Source: Candidatus Omnitrophota bacterium (GTDB lineage Bacteria > Omnitrophota > Gorgyraeia > Pluralincolimonadales > Pluralincolimonadaceae). From it: a stretch of DNA of 64,000 bases. The DNA lies in NCBI GenBank assembly GCA_041653595.1, contig JBAZFB010000001.1, forward strand, positions 4,467 to 68,466, given 5' to 3'. Shown piece by piece: positions 25,927-34,776 of this stretch. Every line of letters begins with the position of its first letter. Position 1 is the first letter of the stretch. Below the pieces are notes generated by a model that was not told the origin of the DNA, searched no databases, and saw nothing but the letters and a program-made list of their open reading frames with translations. A program made the position numbers and the translations under genes.

Positions 25927-26382
25927 TAATATTTTGTAGTGTAGAATACCTGCCGGAATTTTTATCTCTATTGCTTCGCCCTCTTTATGATTTATTAAAC
26001 CTTTGCCGACAGGCGATGAAACGGATATCTTCCCCTGCTTATAGTCCGCCTCTACCTCAGAAACCAGCATATACACTATCTTCTCTTCTGTATCCAGGTC
26101 CTCGAGCTCTACTGTCGCGCCGATCAAAATCTTGTCTTTAGGCATCTCTTCATCATTAAGAATACGCACATAGGCCAGCTTCGCTTCCAACTCGGCTATC
26201 TTTTTTTCATTAAAAGCCTGATCTTCCTTGGCGGCATCATATTCGGAATTCTCAGAAATGTCTCCGTGATCCCTGGCTTCTCCTATAGCTTTCGATAATT
26301 GCCTGCGCTTCACCGTTTTTAAGCGCTCCAGGTCCTTTACCAATTTTTGATAACCTTCTTCGGTCAGATATATATCGCTCAC
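25912..26382 (-). CDS. greA: Transcription elongation factor GreA
   Basis: GreA/GreB N-terminal coiled coil and a C-terminal FKBP-like domain (SPVGKGLINHKEGEAIEIKIPAG). Confidence 0.9.
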   Translation of the reverse strand: MSDIYLTEEGYQKLVKDLERLKTVKRRQLSKAIGEARDHGDISENSEYDAAKEDQAFNEKKIAELEAKLAYVRILNDEEMPKDKILIGATVELEDLDTEEKIVYMLVSEVEADYKQGKISVSSPVGKGLINHKEGEAIEIKIPAGILHYKILKISR

Positions 26383-26383
26383 A

Positions 26384-28210
26384 TTAGTTATCCTGCGAAA
26401 ATATTACTACTGTGTATGGCCCGATATTGATTTTTCCGGAGCAAGGCAACCCATCGATTTTTTCCTCATGGGCCTCGACATCAGGGGTAGGATGATTTGC
26501 AAAATTTGGGCCGTATTTATATGAGTCGCTGTTAAATCGCGTTTTCCACAATCCGGCCCGCGGAAAACCGATGACATAACCATCGCAGTTTTGATTTATC
26601 ATATTTACCACCACAACTACGCTATCGGCCGGGCCTTGTTTGTCCCAGCGATGGAAAGCGATGATCTTGGCTCCATCGTCAAAATGATAGATATGGGTAT
26701 TTTGACCGCACAACCCACGCGTCACACCCGATAGATTGCGCCGCAACGCGATCAGGTCCCTGTACATTCCAAAAATACCGTGTTCATCCTCAACACGGGA
26801 CCAGTCGATCGGGTCTTTATCCTGGAACCAGCGGTCTTCCAGCAACTCTTGCCCTTCAAAAATCATCGGGATGCCCGGTGAAGTAAGGACAAGAGCGCCG
26901 GCCAAAGTAGAACGTTTCTTGGAAAACCAGCTATCCACCTTGCCCGGCCAGATCTCCTCCGGCACCCTGGACCGGCCATTGGCGACCTCGTCATGGGACT
27001 CTGTATAAATAATCCGCCGAAAGACGTCTAGATCGTAACGATGCTCGATAGCTTTACTGACTGCCCCCAGATCACGGAGTTTATCATCACGTGTGATGAC
27101 GGCCTGGCGAACGGGGTGAACGAATTCGGCATCCCATTGCGCGTTAAAACCTGCGCCGCCCGCTCCTACATTTTTGATGACCCAGGGGTTATTTTTCATG
27201 CTTTCGCCGATGCTGATCTTGCCGGGAAACAATTGTTGGATCTCCGTATTGATCCACTGCATCAAGCTCCAGCCTTCGGGGATGGCATTAGCCGAATTGT
27301 TGTCACTACCGTCAATGCTTTTGATATAGGCTATCATGTCCCAGCGTAATCCGTCGGCGCGGTACTCCTCGAACCACATCAGGGCGTTATCGCGCAAATA
27401 TTGGCGCACTTCGCCCCGGCCGTAATCGGGGCGTGTCTCGCCCCAGGGCGTTTGCGAGCAACGATCATTGTAAAAGAAGATTCCTCCCTTATTATTTTCG
27501 CTCCAACCGTCAAACTGCCACAAACTAAGATCGCCCGGGCCAAAGTGGTTGTAGACGACATCTATGATAACAGCGATACCATGTTCATGGGCCGCCTTCA
27601 CAAATCGCTTGAGCGCATCCGGCCCGCCGTAAATACTCTCAACGGCAAAGGGAAGCGCCGGATTGTAGCCCCACGAAAAATCACCTGCAAACTCCGCGAC
27701 AGGCATCACTTCGATGGCATTGATACCCAATTTTTTGAGATAAGGGAATTTTTCAATGGCACTATCAAAAGTGCCCGGTTGTCCCTTTTTTTTGACGTTA
27801 AAAGTGCCGATGTGCATCTCGTAAATGACAAGCTCATTCCCCGTGGCCATATGAAACTTATTATCACCCCAGTCAAAGGCTTTGGGGTCATAGATAACTC
27901 CGTTGCCGGTTGAGCCGGTCACCTTTCTGGCATAAGGATCGATGCGGGAAAGAGGAGGAAGCTTCCAATCGACAGGGGTGTGGATCATATACCTGTACTC
28001 ATCTCCCGCTTTTGCTCCCGGCACGCCGATCGACCAGTAACCGCCCTCTTCTTTGGCCAGGGGTATCGAGGTATCGTTCCATTCGTTGAAGGTTCCGGCC
28101 ACATAAACCTTTTCTGCATGCGGCGCCCATACGCGAAACGTTACACCCCTTGCACCGGGTATGGCCCCCATGCTCGGGCGCTTTATCGCGTTATTGGTTT
28201 TTTTTGGCAT
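26384..28210 (-). CDS. GH13 alpha-amylase-family enzyme with an N-terminal CBM48 (TreZ/GlgX/GlgB-like)
   Basis: CBM48 segment (GVTFRVWAPHAEKVYVAGTFNEWN) and GH13 conserved regions (DVVYNH, GLRWDM, IGES, YTESHDE). Confidence 0.85.
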   Translation of the reverse strand: MPKKTNNAIKRPSMGAIPGARGVTFRVWAPHAEKVYVAGTFNEWNDTSIPLAKEEGGYWSIGVPGAKAGDEYRYMIHTPVDWKLPPLSRIDPYARKVTGSTGNGVIYDPKAFDWGDNKFHMATGNELVIYEMHIGTFNVKKKGQPGTFDSAIEKFPYLKKLGINAIEVMPVAEFAGDFSWGYNPALPFAVESIYGGPDALKRFVKAAHEHGIAVIIDVVYNHFGPGDLSLWQFDGWSENNKGGIFFYNDRCSQTPWGETRPDYGRGEVRQYLRDNALMWFEEYRADGLRWDMIAYIKSIDGSDNNSANAIPEGWSLMQWINTEIQQLFPGKISIGESMKNNPWVIKNVGAGGAGFNAQWDAEFVHPVRQAVITRDDKLRDLGAVSKAIEHRYDLDVFRRIIYTESHDEVANGRSRVPEEIWPGKVDSWFSKKRSTLAGALVLTSPGIPMIFEGQELLEDRWFQDKDPIDWSRVEDEHGIFGMYRDLIALRRNLSGVTRGLCGQNTHIYHFDDGAKIIAFHRWDKQGPADSVVVVVNMINQNCDGYVIGFPRAGLWKTRFNSDSYKYGPNFANHPTPDVEAHEEKIDGLPCSGKINIGPYTVVIFSQDN

Positions 28211-28221
28211 CCTCTTTTCTC

Positions 28222-29199
28222 CTACAACCCGACTTCTTTAATAACTTCTTTGATAGCGCTTGAAGATTTTTTGAGCGCCTTCTCTTCTTTTTTAGTAAGC
28301 TCGAGTGTCAAAAGCCCTCTAACGCCGTTCTTGTTAACTACGGCGGGAAGGCTTAGATATACATCGCGCATATCCAGATAACCGGTGATCAGGCTTGACA
28401 CAGGCAAGACCGCGTTTTCATCATGAAGGATCGCCTGTGTTATCCTTGCCAAAGACAGGCCGATCCCATATGACGTCTCGCCCTTCTTTTCTATGATCTT
28501 ATAGGCGGAATCCCTTACTTCGAAAAATATTTCTTCCAGCTTTTCCTCGTGGCGGCACCCGTGTCTGTCGCCGCACACTGAACAATAATTTTTAAACAAA
28601 ACCCCGCCGATCGTAGCGTTACTCCAAATAGGCGATTCACTATTCCCGTGCTCGCCCAGAATATAGGCATGGACGTTGTGCGGATCTATTTTACAGTGCT
28701 TGGCTAAAAGGAACCGGAAGCGCGCCGTATCCAGAACCGTCCCGGAGCCGATCACTTCATTTGCCGGCTTAGACGAAAATTTGTAAGCCGCGTACGATAG
28801 GATATCTACGGGATTGGTTGCAATCAAGAGGATGGCCGAAGGGGCATATTTGACTATCTGAGATACTACCTGCCGGAAGATCTCTACATTGTCTTTGGCA
28901 AGCGCGAGCCTGGTCTGGCCGGGCTTTTGCTTCTTACCGGCGGTTATCACCACCAGATCGGAATCTTTTATATCCGGGTAGTCTCCGGAGGCGATCTCAA
29001 CCGGTGAGAGATAAGGCGCGCCGTGGGACAGGTCCATGACTTCCCCTTCAAGGCGCTTTTTGTCCATATCGGTTATAACAACGCTTCTTGCCAGCCCTTT
29101 CATGATCAGCGCGTAGGCATAACGCATCCCCACGTTACCGCAACCGATGATTGAAACCTTTGGTCTTAATTCAGTTGTAGATTTACTGGTGGCGATCAA
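28222..29199 (-). CDS. L-lactate/malate dehydrogenase (TTG start overlapping the upstream TGA)
   Basis: KVSIIGCGNVGM Rossmann motif, a GQTRLALAKDN substrate loop, and IGEHGNSE. Confidence 0.9.
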   Translation of the reverse strand: MIATSKSTTELRPKVSIIGCGNVGMRYAYALIMKGLARSVVITDMDKKRLEGEVMDLSHGAPYLSPVEIASGDYPDIKDSDLVVITAGKKQKPGQTRLALAKDNVEIFRQVVSQIVKYAPSAILLIATNPVDILSYAAYKFSSKPANEVIGSGTVLDTARFRFLLAKHCKIDPHNVHAYILGEHGNSESPIWSNATIGGVLFKNYCSVCGDRHGCRHEEKLEEIFFEVRDSAYKIIEKKGETSYGIGLSLARITQAILHDENAVLPVSSLITGYLDMRDVYLSLPAVVNKNGVRGLLTLELTKKEEKALKKSSSAIKEVIKEVGL

Positions 29200-29345
29200 A
29201 GCGGTTTACGTCCGCTGATCAAACGCAAAAGAATAACGACAATAGCGATGACGAGCAAGACGTGTATAAACCCGCCCAAAGTGTATGAGGTGACCAGACC
29301 TAACAGCCAAAGCACGACCAAAATAACCGCGATTGTGTATAACAT
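29196..29345 (-). CDS. lmo0937-family small membrane protein (49 aa), copy 2; not in the ORF track
   Basis: A GGAGG ribosome-binding site then [49 protein letters not shown]; about 90% identical to copy 1. Confidence 0.6.
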   Translation of the reverse strand: MLYTIAVILVVLWLLGLVTSYTLGGFIHVLLVIAIVVILLRLISGRKPL

Positions 29346-29484
29346 GCTCCGCCTCCTTTTATGATGATATTATATAAGTATACGGCCTTGAATTAATTAT
29401 ACCATTTCAGTGGTACAAATATCAAGCGAGGCACACCACGCCCCTTTAGGGGCGGACATTTGTGCACTGTGTGGGAATTTTATC

Positions 29485-29964
29485 TTATTTTTCTTTCAGG
29501 TTCTCGAAGGTCTCCTCATGGGTTATCTCTTCGCTCATTATGTGGGTGACGAGCTGGTAGGTCGCGTGGTCTTTACCGAAGGTCTTTTTGGCGATCTTGT
29601 TATAGACCTCTATCGCCCCAGCTTCCGCGGCTGTGACTAGCTTGATTATCGTGTCGTAATCGTGTAAGTTCTTCATCACGCCCGGATACGGGCTGTTCGC
29701 GTTCTTCTCAATGTCGCTCAGGCTGCTTGTCGGGATGCCGCCAAGCTTGACTATTCTGTCCGCCAATTCCGTGGCATGCTCGAGCTCGTCCTTGGCAATC
29801 TTGCCCAGGAACTCGGCCATATCCTCATAGCCCTTCCCGTCAACGGTCTGAGACATGAACCACCACGCGTAGTAAGCGAGCCACTCGTCGCAATACGCCT
29901 TATTCAGGTCCTTGATAAGGTCCTTCAGGTCGATCCCGACTATTTCCCTGGCTTTCTTGCCCAT
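29485..29964 (-). CDS. Ferritin-like (bacterioferritin/Dps/rubrerythrin superfamily) protein
   Basis: 159-aa four-helix-bundle-type sequence with the E…EXXH metal-site spacing (DELEHATELADRIV…EEITHEE). Confidence 0.55.
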   Translation of the reverse strand: MGKKAREIVGIDLKDLIKDLNKAYCDEWLAYYAWWFMSQTVDGKGYEDMAEFLGKIAKDELEHATELADRIVKLGGIPTSSLSDIEKNANSPYPGVMKNLHDYDTIIKLVTAAEAGAIEVYNKIAKKTFGKDHATYQLVTHIMSEEITHEETFENLKEK

Positions 29965-29995
29965 TTTAACCCTCCTTTTTTTATGTTGCTCCCCA

Positions 29996-31975
29996 TTAAG
30001 GAATCCCTATTATAAGAAACAATCTCCCGACAAGCCCGCCTATCGTAACAGCCAGGACAATGGTAAACAATGATATTATCAGACTTTTCTTCCAGCCAAA
30101 CTCATGCTTTAAAACCGCAAGGGTCCCAATGCAAGGGAAGTACAAGGCAACAACCAGGGCGAATATGAATATCTGCAGAGGAGTCATAAAATTCAACAGG
30201 CTCGAGCTTCCCCCGAGCACAAACAGCAATGCTAATGCCATTTCTTTTCTTAGTATTCCGTAGATCAGCGTAATACCCGCAACAGCAGGGAGCATAAGCC
30301 AGCCGTTAATAATCGGAGAAAAGGGTTTTGCGAGGATTTCGAGGATACCATAAGCTTTGAGCAGGCCCAAGACAATAGAGCCTATGATAATCAAGGGAAA
30401 TGCGATCCCGATAAAACCTCTTACTCTCATCCATGTCTTTTTCCAGACATTCTTAAGCTGGGGTAACCGGTATTCCGGCATCTCCATTATAAGCCCGGTC
30501 GATTCACCGGGCAGGAACTTCCCAAGGATGTAGCCAACCGCAAATATAAGCAATAACACGATCCCATAGATCAAAAGCGCATAACCTGCCCCGATAAATT
30601 TCCCGACTGCGCCGAAGATAACAGCAGTCCTTGCTGAACATGGGATCATGCAAATCAAAATGGAGGTCAATATCCTGTCTTTCTTATTAGGCAATATGCG
30701 CGTTGCAAGCACTGCCGGAACGCTGCAGCCGAATCCGAGCATCATTGGTATGATGGCGTTGCCGTGCAAGTGCATCTTATGCATTAACCTGTCCAAAAGA
30801 TAAGCCATGCGGGGAAGATACCCTGTATCTTCCAATGCGCCCAGCGCCAGATAAAAGACAAAGATATACGGCAGCGCTATTTGCATCCCTGCATTTACGC
30901 CTTGCAGCCCCCAGCTAAGAGTTGTCTGCAAAATCGTACTCGGGATCACCTTTATGAGGGGGGCCGTTGGGTTAGTGACAATTATGTCAAACCATTTCCC
31001 GACCAGGTCGCTAAGATAATTCCCCACCGTAAACAGGGCGAAGAAAATCACGCTCATTACAATAACCAGCGAGATGCTTCCCGTCAGGGGCTCGGTCGTA
31101 AACCTGTCGAGAAAATCCTTAAAATGCTTTTTCGGCTTGCCCTTAATCATTACTTTCTGGGCTATTAATGCCGCCTGGCCATGGCGCTCCCGCGCGATCT
31201 CCGTATTAAGATCAAGGGCATGCTCTTTGCTGAGTTCATCTATGATCCTTCTGATCTTTTCCTTATGCCCGGCTTTCCCCCATTCAACATCATCTTCTTC
31301 AAGCAGGTTGATTGCCGCCGCTCGTTTCGGGATATCATCCTCTTCGACGATCCCCGCGATCTTATCAATTGCCCTTTCTATATGGTCATCATATATAACA
31401 TTATAATGATCGAGATCGGCAGGACCGCTCATAACAGCATCTATTGTCCTGACCAGCAGGTCTATGCCTGCTCCGCGCAACGCATCAATAGGCACAACAG
31501 GCACGCCCAGTAATGCGCTCAGGTTTTTATAATCTATGCTGATGCCCTTATCTTCTAACTCTTCATAAAAATTCAAGGCTATGACCATCGGGACCTGCAG
31601 CTCCAGTAATTGCAGGGTCAGGTAAAGATTGCGCTCTAAAAGCGCGGCATCCACCATATTTACTATTACGCCGGGCTTTTTCTCAATAATATAATCGGTG
31701 GCGACTCTTTCATCATCGCTTGATGAGCCAAGATTGTATATGCCTGGCAGATCAGCTACATGCAGAACCTTATCGCCAATTGCGGTTTTGCCCTCAAGGA
31801 TCTCGACAGTCGTTCCCGGATAATTTGATACTATAGCATCAGTAGTAGTAAGCTGGTTAAAAAGGCAGCTCTTGCCTGTATTTGGATTTCCGGCAAGCAC
31901 AATATCTGCGCCGCAAACTTTTGCGCCGAATTTATGCATATAGGCTTTCCCTGAAAGCCGGGGATGGCAGCTCAT
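29996..31975 (-). CDS. feoB: Ferrous iron transporter FeoB (start set at MSCHP, ATGA-coupled to the upstream gene)
   Basis: G-domain GNPNTGKSCLFNQLT and the polytopic membrane domain. Confidence 0.9.
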   Translation of the reverse strand: MSCHPRLSGKAYMHKFGAKVCGADIVLAGNPNTGKSCLFNQLTTTDAIVSNYPGTTVEILEGKTAIGDKVLHVADLPGIYNLGSSSDDERVATDYIIEKKPGVIVNMVDAALLERNLYLTLQLLELQVPMVIALNFYEELEDKGISIDYKNLSALLGVPVVPIDALRGAGIDLLVRTIDAVMSGPADLDHYNVIYDDHIERAIDKIAGIVEEDDIPKRAAAINLLEEDDVEWGKAGHKEKIRRIIDELSKEHALDLNTEIARERHGQAALIAQKVMIKGKPKKHFKDFLDRFTTEPLTGSISLVIVMSVIFFALFTVGNYLSDLVGKWFDIIVTNPTAPLIKVIPSTILQTTLSWGLQGVNAGMQIALPYIFVFYLALGALEDTGYLPRMAYLLDRLMHKMHLHGNAIIPMMLGFGCSVPAVLATRILPNKKDRILTSILICMIPCSARTAVIFGAVGKFIGAGYALLIYGIVLLLIFAVGYILGKFLPGESTGLIMEMPEYRLPQLKNVWKKTWMRVRGFIGIAFPLIIIGSIVLGLLKAYGILEILAKPFSPIINGWLMLPAVAGITLIYGILRKEMALALLFVLGGSSSLLNFMTPLQIFIFALVVALYFPCIGTLAVLKHEFGWKKSLIISLFTIVLAVTIGGLVGRLFLIIGIP

Positions 31976-32604
31976 TTTTTCTCCACAAATATGCTCGCGC
32001 AAACATCGGGCCCTAGGGCGATCTTGCTTCCTTTTATATTCAAGATCAGGGGTCCTCCGTTTAATTTGCGCACTACCCTGACTTTTGCCTGAGGAACAAA
32101 CCCGAGTGAATTCAAGCGCTCAAAGCATGCCTTGCTCTTGCTGGCTACAAACACAACCTCTGCCTTGCTTTTCTCCGGAAGCTGAGTCAACTCTACTACG
32201 TTGCTGTTCTTGTCGGGAATAGGATTGCCATCCGGACAAAGCTTCGGCTTCTTCAGCATGCTATCAAGCTTATCCGTTGCCGCGTCAGATAAAGCATGTT
32301 CCATGGCATGCGCTTCCTCATGGATATCTTTTTTTATTTTCAGATTTAGTACCCTGCTGAAAAAGACCTCCAGAAGCTGATGCTTTCTGACTATTTTTCT
32401 GGCTTCTTTGATCCCTAAGGCAGTAAGGCTGATCCCGCCGAAACGCTCGAAAGTAACTAATTTCTCCTTTTCAAGCCTTCTTATCATTTCGGAAACGCTT
32501 GGATCGGAAACCTTAAGCACACGTGCCAGTTCAGTAACCCTTGCAGCGCGGTTATTGCGGTACTGGATCATATACATTTCTTCGAGGTAATCTTCTTTTT
32601 TCAT
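31972..32604 (-). CDS. DtxR/MntR-family metalloregulator fused to a C-terminal FeoA (SH3-like) domain
   Basis: Helix-turn-helix RVTELARVLKVSDPSVSEMIRRLE, a dimerisation/metal-binding region, and a C-terminal FeoA-like segment VRKLNGGPLILNIKGSKIALG. Confidence 0.78.
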   Translation of the reverse strand: MKKEDYLEEMYMIQYRNNRAARVTELARVLKVSDPSVSEMIRRLEKEKLVTFERFGGISLTALGIKEARKIVRKHQLLEVFFSRVLNLKIKKDIHEEAHAMEHALSDAATDKLDSMLKKPKLCPDGNPIPDKNSNVVELTQLPEKSKAEVVFVASKSKACFERLNSLGFVPQAKVRVVRKLNGGPLILNIKGSKIALGPDVCASIFVEKK

Positions 32605-32614
32605 GGTCTTAATG

Positions 32615-32632
32615 TTAGGTTATCCTAACTTA
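32615..32632 (-). promoter_or_regulatory. DtxR-type iron box TTAGGTTATCCTAACTTA immediately upstream of the DtxR-FeoA/feoB operon
   Basis: Near-palindrome matching the TWAGGTWAGSCTWACCTWA consensus at about 14 of 19 positions, at the expected promoter position. Confidence 0.45.
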
Positions 32633-32679
32633 TTTATATAAGTTTATCACAGTTAAGTTATAAGTCAAGTAATTAATTT

Positions 32680-32727
32680 TTGAAAAAATAAAAAACGGCT
32701 ATGATCGCTGTTTCGACCATAGCCGTT
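32680..32727 (-). terminator. Rho-independent terminator: 10-bp stem AACGGCTATG/CATAGCCGTT followed on the minus strand by TTTTTTATTTTTT
   Basis: Read directly from the sequence; it lies downstream of the two-gene operon at 32797-33662. Confidence 0.6.
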
Positions 32728-32760
32728 AATCTCTCCCATTATCCGAGGAGAACGGAATTA

Positions 32761-32803
32761 CTGGGGTCCCTCTCCTATTTCATGAGGGGAAACCTCTCAA
32801 TTT
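32761..32803 (-). repeat. Partial copy of the cassette's 5'UTR module (GGGGTCCCTCTCCTATT…GAGGGGAAACCTCTC) with no promoter
   Basis: Matches positions 33681-33720 of copy 4. Confidence 0.4.
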
Positions 32804-33348
32804 TCCTTAACGAGATTTTTCAGCAGGTCTTCAATAATGCCGATATCTTTATCCTCAACCTGGCCTGAAGCGTAATATCTTATGATACCTTTCTTATTTA
32901 TGATTATCACATTGCTTTCGTCTTCCTTGGCGTGATAATCAGCGGACATTTTTCCATCCCAGTCGCCGTATATCGTCAACTTTTCCTTTTCCGAATTATG
33001 CCGGAGGTTCTTTTCCCACTCTCTTCTAAACAATACGCCTTGGCAATCGATCACTCCTATCCTGACAATATCTTTTTTTACGGAATCGGATTGTTCGTCG
33101 TAAAACACATCAAGGCTGGTCTTTAGTTTTCGGTTTTGCTCGATAGCGATTTTTGCTTCATAAAACAATACCACCACTTTGCCTTTTATATCATCTAAGG
33201 TCAATGCTTCTTTATCTCCCGATATGATTTTGAAAGAAGGGGCGGAGCTGCCGATTAAGCTGTCGTTTGCGGAATAGGCTGCAGATAATAAGAGTGGGGT
33301 GACGAGAAAAGAAACGATAAAAATTAAACGTGCCCTACGCATCACCAT
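32797..33348 (-). CDS. Secreted thioredoxin-fold (AhpC/TSA-like) protein lacking the peroxidatic Cys
   Basis: Signal peptide, then SAPSFKIISGDKEALTLDDIKGKVVVLFYEA, which resembles peroxiredoxin/TlpA substrate-entry motifs but has no Cys. Confidence 0.45.
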   Translation of the reverse strand: MVMRRARLIFIVSFLVTPLLLSAAYSANDSLIGSSAPSFKIISGDKEALTLDDIKGKVVVLFYEAKIAIEQNRKLKTSLDVFYDEQSDSVKKDIVRIGVIDCQGVLFRREWEKNLRHNSEKEKLTIYGDWDGKMSADYHAKEDESNVIIINKKGIIRYYASGQVEDKDIGIIEDLLKNLVKEN

Positions 33349-33662
33349 AACAAGTACCTAAATTGACCGATAGCGTTCATCCCTGCCGCGAATTGTCCCA
33401 GACCAAATATTAATCCCAATGCAAACTGGGCGACCGCAAATATTCCCACAGCAAACTGCGCTAAACCAAATATTAAACCGACTGCGAACTGCCCTATTGC
33501 GATTATGCCTATCGCGAATTGCCCGATCGCAATAACGCCTTTTGCCACAAGAAGTTTTCCTGTTTTGCGGTCTTTCCCGAAGGCGATGTGCACGAAGGGT
33601 AAGCCGAAAATTTCCGTCTTGCTCCTCCATTCATAACCGATATTCCAAATATCTTTTATCAT
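33342..33662 (-). CDS. Small (106-aa) protein whose C-terminal 70 aa are about 7 tandem decapeptide repeats of the form [IL]A[IV]GQFA[IV]G[IL]
   Basis: …GVIAIGQFAIGIIAIGQFAVGLIFGLAQFAVGIFAVAQFALGLIFGLGQFAAGMNAIGQFRYLLW. It is the first gene after promoter cassette copy 4. Confidence 0.5.
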   Translation of the reverse strand: MIKDIWNIGYEWRSKTEIFGLPFVHIAFGKDRKTGKLLVAKGVIAIGQFAIGIIAIGQFAVGLIFGLAQFAVGIFAVAQFALGLIFGLGQFAAGMNAIGQFRYLLW

Positions 33663-33680
33663 TTAAGTTACCGTTGAGAA

Positions 33681-33796
33681 TTGGGGTCCCTTTCCTATTA
33701 GGCGAGGGAAAACCTCTCTTATTTGGCAGGCTTTATTATAGAGGTAATATCCTACTATATCAAGGATTTTTGGGGACCAGAGAGGTAATTCCTCGC
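33681..33796 (-). repeat. Promoter cassette copy 4, the most complete (-35 TTGATA at 33758-33763, -10 TATAAT at 33735-33740) with a roughly 95-nt leader module
   Basis: Read directly from the sequence. Confidence 0.55.
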
Positions 33797-34531
33797 TTAA
33801 TATCCTTTTTTGCTCTTAAGTTCCTGGCACTGTTTTTTGATTATCCTCATCTCTTCCGGGTCAATGAGTTTAGAGATGGTAGCCATAAGCTCGGGGTATT
33901 GTTTTTCTATTCCCTTAGCCATGTCATTCCTCGGCTCCACATCCATATCTGCGATAGGTGCCTCAGTACCAGCAGTTATTTTTTCCCATGGCAATCCTTT
34001 TCCCCACTTGGCCGTTGCCCATGTTATGGGGAAATCAAATTCGCTCAAGGGGGTGGTTTTGGACCACATCAGTTCACCGGTTACAACTTCTTTTAATACC
34101 AGAGTGAGCTTCCCGCTGATTTTCAAGGTACTACCATTGCTTTTTTGGACAACCGATAACTCCAGCTTTGGCATTGCATATAAATCAATGGCTTTCTTGT
34201 CTTGATATGGTATCAAATCATAAGAATCAAAAGGGCCGCGGACAGTAAAGCCCTTTGCCGCAAGAAGTTTATTTAAATCTTGTTTTATCGCAGTATCTAA
34301 ATTGGCAAATTGCGGCCAGGTGGGCCACGGTGTAAAACTATTAGATTCAAAACTAACATTTGCTATCGCAAAAGTTACTCCGGCTGAACCGGGCGTTTCT
34401 TGCGAAGAGGGCGTATAATCAAAATTCGCCACGTATACAGCCTCTTCACCTTTGGACGCTGCCGCCAACGCATGGCTTGCGTAAATAACGGATAAAAGAA
34501 CAAATACTAAAACCACCGGATATTTTCTCAA
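33797..34531 (-). CDS. Secreted hypothetical protein
   Basis: A signal peptide (MRKYPVVLVFVLLSVIYASHALA) and no recognisable motifs. Confidence 0.45.
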   Translation of the reverse strand: MRKYPVVLVFVLLSVIYASHALAAASKGEEAVYVANFDYTPSSQETPGSAGVTFAIANVSFESNSFTPWPTWPQFANLDTAIKQDLNKLLAAKGFTVRGPFDSYDLIPYQDKKAIDLYAMPKLELSVVQKSNGSTLKISGKLTLVLKEVVTGELMWSKTTPLSEFDFPITWATAKWGKGLPWEKITAGTEAPIADMDVEPRNDMAKGIEKQYPELMATISKLIDPEEMRIIKKQCQELKSKKGY

Positions 34532-34564
34532 TGTATTTTTCCTTTCATGATATAGAATAAATTT

Positions 34565-34642
34565 TGGGGTGGCTGACGGGGATCGAACCCGCGACCCTTA
34601 GAACCACAATCTAATGCTCTAACCAGCTGAGCTACAGCCACC
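34565..34642 (-). tRNA. tRNA-His (GTG), with G-1 and an encoded CCA
   Basis: Manual fold: G-1, acceptor GTGGCTG/CAGCCAC, anticodon loop TTGTGGT, T-loop TTCGATC. Confidence 0.85.
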
Positions 34643-34663
34643 GCAGATCTAATTTTCAATTTT

Positions 34664-34741
34664 TGGCGCGCCTGGGGCGATTCGAACGCCCGACACCCTG
34701 CTTAGAAGGCAGGTGCTCTATCCAACTGAGCTACAGGCGCG
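34664..34741 (-). tRNA. tRNA-Arg (TCT)
   Basis: Manual fold: acceptor GCGCCTG/CAGGCGC, anticodon stem CCTGC/GCAGG, loop CTTCTAA. Confidence 0.85.
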
Positions 34742-34776
34742 TTGGCCCGCCCATCTGAGCGGGTAAATCTAATTTT

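Noticed and set aside
34664-34741. Possible amber-suppressor tRNA (an initial reading of the loop as TTCTAAG gave anticodon CTA)
   Set aside because: Re-folding with a proper 5-bp anticodon stem (CCTGC/GCAGG) gives the loop CTTCTAA and anticodon TCT, an ordinary tRNA-Arg.
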